This document shows, piece after piece, positions 53,823 to 64,000 of a DNA stretch of 64,000 nucleotides; position 1 is the stretch's first letter, and the number at the start of each line of letters is the position of its first letter. A program made the translations under genes and the position numbers. A model generated the notes under the pieces. The model was not told the DNA's origin. It worked only from the letters and a program-made list of their open reading frames with translations, and searched no databases. This stretch comes from Octopus vulgaris. Taxonomy: Eukaryota. Location: the NCBI GenBank assembly GCA_951406725.2, contig OX597815.1, positions 190,960,001 to 191,024,000 of the forward strand, given 5' to 3'.

Positions 53823-53941
53823 TATAATAGGGATAACCACTAAGTGGACATCCAATATGCTAGAAGAAGATCACCTACAAAGTTTGTAGGTGATCTTCTT
53901 CTAGCATATTGGATATCCACTTAGTGGTTATCCCTATTATA
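53823..53941. repeat. Palindrome with 59-bp arms, 1-nt centre and 1 mismatch
   Basis: tataatagggataaccac...cctacaaa g tttgtagg...gtggttatccctattata. Confidence 0.95.
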
Positions 53942-53942
53942 C

Positions 53943-53978
<36 letters not shown>

Positions 53979-56900
53979 GCCTGCTCGCTTAGCCAGTGGG
54001 GTGGCGTCATTTGAAGGCTAAAACAATGCGAAGCACATTGTGACCAGCGATGTGTAGCAACATCTGATAGCCTGGTCGGTCATGGTGATCACGGTGATAT
54101 ATATATATATAATAGATATGGTTATATTGTCTAATGTGTTCTTACCCGGTTTAAAACATTAGAAAATGATATGAAGGAAATTTGGCTGCTATTTCTGCGG
54201 GCCAATTGACTATGCAGGGGCTTTCTCTTATCAGCTCAAAGTGAACTGTTGTTTAGTCTCAGATCAGCTCTGATCAGACTTATGACAAAGAGTGTTACAA
54301 TCATGACCGTCCTGTTGTCTTCGTGGTATATTTAGGACTACAATGTCAAGTATATACTTCATTTAAAATAGCCAGATGCGATTTGAAGGATATTTGACTG
54401 CTATTTTCAGCCAATCAAAAGACTATGGAGAAGCTCCTTTTAAACATTCAATGTTTAGAAAAAGGAGCTCATATATATTAACATCACCATACATAGAGGA
54501 AAAGTATTATTAGGGAGTTGTAATGCAGGCAGACAGACCAGATGATACTCTCATGTGCCTGAAAACAACTCTCTCTCTCTCTATCTCTATATGTATCTCT
54601 CTCTCTCTCTATCTATCTATCCATCTCTCTTTCTTAACTTTCTAGTTCATTCTTGCAGAAGGTAATAATCTTTTCTATTATAGGCACAAGGCCTGAAATT
54701 TGGTAGGGAGGGAGTTAGTTGATTACACTGACCCCAGTGCTAAAATGCTACCTATTTCATGTTTGAATCTGCCAGAATGCATTAAGAATGAATAGATACA
54801 TTATTGTTTGGGTTTTGGCTGTTCTGTGTGCAAACAATAAATTATTATTTTACTAAATTCTCCATTATTTTCAAAATTAACCGAAATAACAGCAACGTAT
54901 TCAACATAAATATAATGATAAAACAGTTAAATTCATGCTAACTTTGCTTCTTTGCCACCAAAAACATATGCTTATCATCAATTCAAAATAACATGGAAAC
55001 ATGAGATAAATTCCATATGTATATGAATCAGTTTGGCATCAATGTAGGAGTCCCTACATAGTAGTGCAACCTGCTAGAAATAGCAGCAAAATACCTCTTA
55101 GCTCAGACTTTACAATCTCTAGAAAAAAAATATATTAGGTAATGTAGTCTGAGATAAACTATATCTGAAAAGATGGGAGAGTCACAGCTGGAAGATCTTT
55201 CATCATAGGTCTGCTTGTTCAGAACTGATCTAGGGATAAGCAAAAACAGCAATATCCGTTCGGCTGCAGAAAGATTTAGTTGAATTTTTAAAAGATATTC
55301 AATATGTTACACGAGATAAAATTTATCTTTAAATATGTATAAATAATTTCCACAAGTATATAAATAGCTTTCAATTCTTACAGTTTTGCATTTAGGAAAG
55401 GTGAACACTACAGAGTGGATATTAACTCTCGACAAGCCAATTCTGTGATATGGTTTCAATCATTAGTGGAATCCATTTAAATTTGGTTACATTCTTCATG
55501 GAGGCACATGGCTTAGTGGTTAGAGCAGCGGACTCGTGGTCGAGGGATCGCAGGTTCGAATCTCAGACCGGGCGATGTGTGTGTTTATGAGCAAAATACC
55601 TAAGCTCCATGCAGCTCCAGCAGAAGGTAATGGCAAACTTCTGCTGATTCTTTCTCTCACTCTTTCTTCCTGCATCTTGCAGCTCACCTGCGACGGACCG
55701 GCATCCCATCCAGGTGGGGAACCTATATGTCAAGGAAACTGGGAAACCAGCCCTTATGAGCCAGGCATGGTTTGAGAAAGAACAAACATTCTTCATGTCT
55801 TTCGGAAAAAAATATAAATATCACAACTTCCTAGTATCTATAGCTTGTAAACCTTGTGCCGATATAAGAAATCTAAAGAAATTAGATAATATTTAATGAA
55901 TATTTTTGAAAATGATCTTTGGTTCTTCCTTCATTTAATCACTTTTTCATTCACCTTATTTTTCTTTGAGCACATTTGTTGATGAAATTCAGTAATTCTC
56001 AAAAAATTGTACACTTTATATGCAACATACTTGAAAAATAAGTAAATGGAAAATTCTAAATAATCTACCCTAACAGGTGCAGAATTTCTTATGATCTACT
56101 TCAGTATATTCTGATGGGTGAAAATGAGTAATTTAGAAGAAATTTTACATTTCATAACATGCATTAAATGGCAGGGTGGGGAGTTAAAAATTCTAATATA
56201 AAGGAAGTAGGCATCTTTTAAAAGCTATTTTAAAATGCAGTCAAACTGGTTGGTACCAGCCTTATAAGAAAAGTATAATCAAATCCTATATTGATTTTTA
56301 AACATAACCACAAAGCTTCAGATTTAAAGAAGGAGCGAATTGGAATGGGTTGGCTATGTTCAGTTCACTGTGGGACAAAGGCCTCAGCATGTTCCCCCCA
56401 CTGACCATAATCTGATTTGCAGACCATGAATTTGAACTTGAGACCATACTGGTTTGAAGAGCCTGTGCTGCTATACTGGCTCAACATGGCTTGGCAGATG
56501 GGTGCAGTTTTTTTATATACCCTTACCCAGGAGTAAAGTTAATAACATAGACCCCACTTCTCAACTGATACTTATTTTATTGACCCTCAAAAGGATAAAA
56601 GTAAAGTCAACCCCAGAAGAAATTTGAACTCAGACTGTAAGGACAGACAAAGTACCTCTAAGCATTTTTTGCCCGGCATGCTAACAGTTCTTATTTCTTT
56701 ACTTCCCACAAGGGGCTACACACAGAGAGGACAAACAAGGACAGACAAAGGGATTGAGTCGATTATATCGACCCCAGTGTGTAACTGGTACTTATTTAAT
56801 CTACCCCGAAAGGATGAAAGTTGACCTCGGCGGAATTTAAACTCAGAATGTAGCGGCAGATGGAATACCTATTTCTTTACTACCCGCAAGAGGCTAAACA

Positions 56901-57316
56901 CAGGGAGGACAAACAAGGACAGACAAACGGATTAAGTCGATTGTATCGACCCCAGTGCGTAACTGGTACTTATTTAATCAACCCCGAAAGGATGAAAGGC
57001 AAAGTCGACCTCGGAAGAATTTGAACTCAGAGCGTAGTGGCAGACGAAATACCGCAAAGCATTTTGCCCGGCGTGCTAACGTTTCTGTCTTTTTCCCCGC
57101 ATGCTAACAGTTCTGCCTACTCACCATCAGAACAGGGGTATAGTCATTAAAATTAACCTCAGTACTTGGAGTGGTACTTATCTTATTAACCCTAGAAGTC
57201 AATCTCAGTAGGTTTTGAACTCAGAACATTGAAAGTGCTCAAGTGAATTCTACAAGAGGTTTTGGCCTTCACTCCACTGATCCAGCCCATTCATACAATA
57301 TTTGAATTTATCCTCA

Positions 57317-57698
57317 TACTCTTTTACTGGTTTCAGTCATTTGACTGTGGCCATGCTGGAGCACTGCCTTTAGTCGATCAAGCAAATCCCACGACTTATT
57401 CTTTGTAAGCCTAGTACTTATTCTATCGGTCTGTTTTGCTGAACTGCTAAGTTACGGGGACATAAACACACCAGCATCGATTGTCAAGCGATGTTGGGGG
57501 GGGGGGGGTAAACAGAGACACACAAACATATACATATGACAGGCTTCTTTCAGTTTCCATCTACCAAATCCACTCACAAGGCTTTGGTTGGCGCGAGGCT
57601 ATAGTAGAAGACATTTGCCCAAGGTGCCATGCAGTGGGACTGAACCTGGAACCATGTGGTTTGTAAGCTAATTACTTACCACAAGTCACTCCTATGCC
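57317..57698 (-). mobile_element. SINE family A
   Basis: Full-length match. Confidence 0.9.
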
Positions 57699-58479
57699 TA
57701 CATATTTACAATAAGCATCTGAGGGAATTAATTTTCCCCAAGATGGGATGACAGTCATCTCATACTCAAGGGAGACTCTGACAACAACACTGAGGTAATG
57801 AAACTTCAAACCAATAAGGAAATGGTTTTGCAGACACAGTACCAGCTAGAAATAGCAGCCAAATCCTCAAAATCACATTCCACCATCTTAAAAAAGTGAA
57901 ATAGACATATTAGATAATGCAGTTTTAGATACCCCTTAAAAAATAGAATGGTTACAGCTAGAATCATTTTGAACAGAGGTCTGCTTGAACAAGATAGACT
58001 TGTGATATACAATACCAAAGCCTCCTCAATTCTAGCAACAATATCAAGAAATCAATTTACAGCTGTATATATGCCTAAGTAAGCTGTACCTTTGCGTAGT
58101 ACATACACACTGTCAAGCAAACTGTGAGCTAAATATCTTCATTAATGACAGTGTTAAGTGATATGTGAGATAAGCTATAAACTGGTGACCCCTTGACTGA
58201 TAACCTTGGCAGCCTAACAGTTTAACCTATCACAATTCTTGTTATTCAGTTTTATTCACTCATTATTAGAGTAACAGGCATTGCGTTTGTCGAGATTATT
58301 TTTTAACTTTTCTTTAATTGATCAGTCACTAGAAGAACGAATTGGTGAATTGGTCGACATATCTCTAACTGCAACTAGCAGTTGATAAGAGGAATTATTG
58401 GATACCTGAAGTCTGTTACTAGGTAATGTATAGTAGCTGTAACAGAGTATAATGCATATAGAAGCAGAGTGGTTTAAAT

Positions 58480-59428
58480 TGGTGGTTCTCAAACGGGGTC
58501 CGTATGGTTCCTGGGGGTCCATGTAAGCTAAATAGTAATTTGGGGATCAACAGTATTATATTAGGGATCCTTGAAAAAACTTTGCTTTAGACATAGTTAT
58601 TGTAAGAAACAGCCAGGTTTCTTTCTCTAACACTTAACATACTTCAACATTTTCTTGCTAAATTATGCAAGTGAATGTGTGAAAAACTAAACAGGGGTTT
58701 CAAAAGAAATATCTATAAGACTAGTTTTTTAAACATCGAACAGCCACAGGGGTCCACCAACCAAAAATAGTAATTAAAGGGGTCCATAGATGAAAAATGA
58801 TTGAGAAACACTGGTTTCTCAACTGGGGTTTGTATGACCCCTGGTGCTCCCTGCAAGACTTTTCAGAATCCAACTGTAAAATGGGGACCCACAGCAGTAT
58901 TTTAAGGGTCTGTGAAAAAATGTTACTTTGGATGAATTTATTGCAAAAAAATAACCAGCTAGGTTTCTTACCCTAATGTTTTACATATTTCATCCTACAC
59001 AAGTTGTTGTTGTTTGTTCCTTCTCGAGCCACACCTGGCTCATAGGGCCGGTTTCCCAGTTCCCTTGGCATATAGGATTCCCCACCTGGACGGGACTCCG
59101 GTCCATCACAGGTGAGCTGCAAGATGCAGGAGGAAAGAGTGAGAGTAAGTTGTGGCGAAAGAGTCAACAGAAGTTTGCCATTACCTTCCGCCGGAACCAC
59201 ATGGAGCTTAGGTGTTTTGCTCATAAACACACACATCACACAGTCTGAAATTGGAACCCGCGATCCTTTGACTGAGTCTGCTGTTCTAACCACTAGGCCA
59301 TGTGTCTCCACACACAAGTTAATATGTGACAAATAAAATAGGAATTTTGGAAGAATGCTATGGTGGTCCAACAGAATACATAAGGAATCAAAAGTGGTCT
59401 ATGGAAAAAAAATGGTTGAGAACCCCTG
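58480..59428. mobile_element. Head-to-tail dimer of hAT-like MITEs with a family C SINE inside
   Basis: 8-bp TSD gtttaaat at 58472-58479 and 59429-59436. Junction gagaaacactggtttctcaac at about 58803-58823. Confidence 0.75.
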
Positions 59429-60570
59429 GTTTAAATGAAAGTATGAGCTATGGATTACAGCCATATTTTTACACACAAGCATTGTAATGTGTCCTTCTCA
59501 CTCAACCACTTTTAAGATTTTTAATCTAATAAACAGATGGTCAACTTTCTTTAGTACAGATCATTGGTATAAAGAAGTTATAATGTTGTACTCTAACTTT
59601 GTATGTTAAAAGTTATAATCTATTAACATCTTTTGGCAGGGTAAAATGAAAATATATTAAGAGGATACAACTTAAAAATATCATCATCACTTGATGTCTG
59701 TTGTTTGTTCTGGCATGGGTTGGATGGTGTGATGAGAGCTGCACCAGACTCCAGTCTGATTTGGCATGGTTTATTCAGCTGGATGCCCTTCCAAATGCCT
59801 ACCACTTTACAGAGTGTGAGCTAGGTGCATGTACATGGTGCCACACGGGCACTTTTATGTGGTGCCACAGGTGCTTTCACATGGAACTGCACGGGTGCTT
59901 TTATGTAGCATTGCATGGTCACTTTTACATGGTACCACATGGGTGCTTCTATGTGACACCACATGGGCACTTTTATATGGCACAGGAGCTTTTATGTGGT
60001 GCCACATGTGTTCTTTTACGTGGAACTGCACGGGTGCTTTTACGTAGCATTGCATGGTCGCTTTTACATGGTACCACATGGGCACTTTACATGGTACCAC
60101 ACGGGCACTTTTACATGACACTGCACAGGAGCTTTTATATGGCACTGCATGAGCACTTTTACATGACACCACACAAGTGCTTTTACATGGCACCACAAAG
60201 ACACTCATATGTGACACAACCACGAGTCCTTTGCACCACCAGAAGGACCGGTCTTGACACTTCTGCTGCAGAGTATGGGCCTTGTAGCTCTAGTAAGGTT
60301 AAACATTATCAGTTGCACATACATAGTGTATATGTTTTGTTTAGATTCCAAATTTGCTGTAGGGTAACATTCAAGGAAAGCTCACTACATGACAATCCAA
60401 CATTAAAGAACACTGAATGTCTCCGACCAAGCAAGACAACTCACCTCAGATAACCAAAAATGGCAGATACTGGTTTCACCATTATCGTGGTTTATCAATA
60501 CCATGTACTTGAATCATCTTGAAGCAATGTGAATCGCTGGTCTGTGATATATATGCAAATAGAACTAAGA

Positions 60571-60715
60571 CTGGAAATAGCAGTCAAAACTCTTATTTAA
60601 ATTGCCAAAATACACTGATAATAACTACAGTATTCAATCATCCGAAGGTTGATGTCTGTAGTTATTATCAGTGTATTTTGGCAATTTAAATAAGAGTTTT
60701 GACTGTTATTTCTAG
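60571..60715. repeat. Hairpin with 60-bp arms and a 25-nt spacer
   Basis: 60571-60630 vs 60656-60715. Only two differences, both G-U pairs in plus-strand RNA. Confidence 0.95.
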
Positions 60716-60920
60716 CAGGTAGACATACTTAGTATGTCCTTTGATTAAGTTTAATCCTTCAGCAATTTAATACTTTTTTCAGGGGCCTGCAATTGCCTAT
60801 ATTATTGATTTTGTTATTATCATTTTTAAATTGTTACACTAGATAATAATAGAGTCAATGATATCTTTGCAAATTATTTTTTCATGAATTATTTTTCTTG
60901 TGACTTATTTGCTCTGTATA

Positions 60921-60955
<35 letters not shown>

Positions 60956-61598
60956 ACACACACATATATGTCTGCAAAATACAAGCCCACATGCTTTGGT
61001 TCCACTGTAACGAAAATAAGATAAGCAATGTTTACAGATATATGGTTGGATGCAAATAGCTCTGTATCTACAAATAGTTTGATGTATAGAAATAGTTTTT
61101 AGATATTCAACCTGGATTATTTGTTTCATTTATTGATATACTCTACATTAACAGTAAATTATACAATGAATTAGAAGCTCTTTAAGAAATTCAACATTTT
61201 GGATCATCTACTAACAATTTTGATTTCTGTTGAAACCTGTGTAACAAAGGTCTGTATATGTCTCAAAATTCATTACGAAATCTTTTATGAAGTTAATGTC
61301 AACTTCTTTTTAGGTTTTATTGGGTAGATAAAATGACAACTACACAATAAATATTGGCTGATTAAGAGGAAACAACTAAGAATTAAGTCAATAAGTGTTT
61401 AGGATTACTAGTTTTTTATATAATGATCTAAGGTTCATCTCTGATAAGAGGTCATTCATCTGCAAATTGTGGGAGTGATTCAATGATTTGCCTTCCTTTT
61501 TCTTTCTTAGTATACTTTATAAAATACAGTGAGTGGTCACAGAAAACTGCAGATTAAAATAGGGGAGCAACATTGTATAATATAGTGATTAATTTAAA

Positions 61599-61960
61599 GC
61601 AGGAGTTCTCAACCAGGGTCCACATGCCCCTTGGGGGTACATGAGATTTTATTGTTAAAATTGATAAGCAATAAATTTGGTTTACTTCTATAATACACAA
61701 AATTTTTTAATATTTTTTTTTAATACAGTTCCTAATAATGTTTAACAATAAAAATATTCTTTTATTCTTTTACTTGTTTCAGTCATTTGACTGTGGCCAT
61801 GCTGGAGCACCGCCTTTAGTCGAACAAATCGACTTATTCTTTGTAAGCCTAGTACTTATTCTATCAGTATTTTTTGCCGAACCACTAAGTTATGGGGATG
61901 TAAACACACCAACATCAGTTGTCAAGTGATGATGGGGGGACAAACACACACATAAATATA

Positions 61961-62001
<41 letters not shown>

Positions 62002-62260
62002 CGGGCTTCTTTCAGTTTCCGTCTACCAAATCCACTCACAAGGCTTTGGTCAGCTCGAGGCAATAGTAGAAGACACTTGCCTGAGGTGTCACACAGTGGG
62101 ACTGAACCCAGAATCATGTGGTTGGTAAGCAAGCTACTTACCACAGCCACTCCTGTGCCTATATATAGCATTTTTAAAACATTGAATGGTCATGAGGATC
62201 CACCTGAGTAAAATAGGAACCAAATGGTTCTGAAGGTAAAAAAATGGTTAAGAACCACTG
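61599..62260. mobile_element. hAT-like MITE containing a family A SINE (61757-62160 -)
   Basis: caggagttctcaacc...ggttaagaaccactg ends. Same family as the host at 51977. Confidence 0.8.
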
Positions 62261-62702
62261 GTTGAAAATAAAGACATCTATTATTAGGGCAGGTGATTAA
62301 CATCAATCATGCCAAGTGGGATTCTACTTAAATAAACCAGTTAGCATTCTCAAGAGCTTGTTTGATGAAAGTTGGTAAGAGTTCCCTTGAGTGCCAAATA
62401 TAAGTAAACATACGGCTCTAAATAACATCCGTACAACAAAACCACACTCAATTAGGGTACTATTTTCAGTGGAATTACTTAGTATATTGTCCTATGTATT
62501 GCTTGGGCTTTTAATAGACACAGTAAAGCAAAAATGTTGCTGGATTTCATTGGTTGACTAACACCATGAGTTAGACAAATAGTAAGCAATGCCTAAAATA
62601 GTTGTTGGAAGTATTCCAAGTGTTTACTGAAGCAAACATGAACTTAAAACTTAAAAATTCACAAATTTATATACATCAAAACAAGAGTTCATAGTGTGTG
62701 TG

Positions 62703-62743
<41 letters not shown>

Positions 62744-63749
62744 CCAGATTCTCTTTATCATATCATGATAGATATCGCATGTATGGAGGTGAAGTTTTGT
62801 TTTTAGTTGAAATCCTTACAGACAAATTTAGTTAGCATGTCAGCCAACTATTTTTGGCAGGAGCTCAAAACATGTAAAAATGTAAAGGTTTAGGAGCTAA
62901 ACAGCAACAGATCCTTTTGCAAAACTTTAGCAAATCTAATGAAAATAAAATGGTTCTGAATTCATAAAAAAAAAATTCCCGGATATTGTTTTCGGAAACA
63001 CTTCTCATGTTAAGAATTAAGAAGGTAAGTTTTGCAATTACATCTAGTTCTGTTCCTAACACTGATTTAGGTAGCTTCTGCTGTTTTACTAATTTACACC
63101 AATTCTCAAACTCAACAAGTATGAGAAAGTTTGGAAAAATCAACTTAATCACTTGCTGCCTATTTCTTTAGAAAGATTATGATAAATGAAGCAGACAATC
63201 TTTCTTCATATCTGGATTAACAATACAGTAAACACTAGTTATTTGCAAAAATGACATTCAATAATACATGATCATAGAAGCATGGTGTTGGCTCATACAG
63301 GGGCTCCTCAAAATGAATTCAGACAGAGATAGTCATAAAAAATCAAACCTTCCTATATTTCTGTATAATTCTTAGAATATCATGTGTATGCTATGAATAA
63401 GCTATTATAGTGCAATATATATACGTACCTATGTATATATGTATGTATGTGTGTATGTATGATAAGTTCTTGATTTAAAAAGATTTATCTTTGCTTCAAC
63501 AGAGACAAAAACAATATATATATATATGTATATACATACATATATATATATGTGTGTGTGTGTGTATATATATATATACATATATATATGTATATATATA
63601 TACATATATATATATATCCATACATGTACATACATACATACAAATATATACATATATATACATACATGTATAATATATATATATTTACACACACACACAT
63701 GTATATATATATATATATATATATATTAAACTATATATTATATAGTTTG

Positions 63750-64000
63750 CTTCAGACATTTTATGGTGGCCATGCTGGAGCACCGCCCTTAGTCGAGCAA
63801 ATTGCCCCCAGGACTTATTCTTTGTAAACCTCGTACTTATTCTATCGGTTTCTTTTGCTGAACTGCTAAGTTACAGGGACATAAACACACCAGCATCAGT
63901 TGTCAACCGATGTTGGGGGGGACAAACACAGACACACAAACATATACATACATATATATATATATACATATATACGACAGGCTTCTTTCAATTTCCGTCT
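63750..64000 (-). mobile_element. SINE family A, cut by the window edge
   Basis: Matches the 3' half and centre of family A. Confidence 0.88.

Noticed and set aside
59701-60453. 250-aa ORF, the longest in the track
   Set aside because: Derived from a tandem minisatellite in a retroposon tail, with no splice or domain support.

Overview
This is AT-rich eukaryotic genomic DNA dense in microsatellites and SINEs. The repeat families resemble octopus (cephalopod) sequence; that is my recognition, not a database hit. The only secure host coding sequence is a 481-nt minus-strand exon at 32-512 encoding an F-box domain and the start of a leucine-rich-repeat region. The ORF track misses it because the frame runs off the window. 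Most of the rest is probably intron or 5' flank of that gene, with several phase-0-compatible candidate upstream exons (9475-9567, a 15-nt microexon at 28733-28747, 30581-30622, and weaker ones). The remainder is transposon-derived: at least four tRNA-type SINE families, RTE-clade LINE pieces, a decayed CR1/Jockey-type LINE, non-autonomous Helitrons plus a Helitron helicase relic, an internally deleted Tc1/mariner element, and hAT- and piggyBac-like MITEs. Nearly all ORFs in the track are microsatellite or SINE artefacts. The most interesting observations are a tRNA-headed SINE-like element carrying a decayed Penelope-type minimal hammerhead ribozyme, a 1.2-kb near-perfect palindrome, recurrent fold-back hairpins between (TA)n runs, and a bipartite RTE-derived insertion with a structured 5' motif whose empty site survives in a nearby duplicate.
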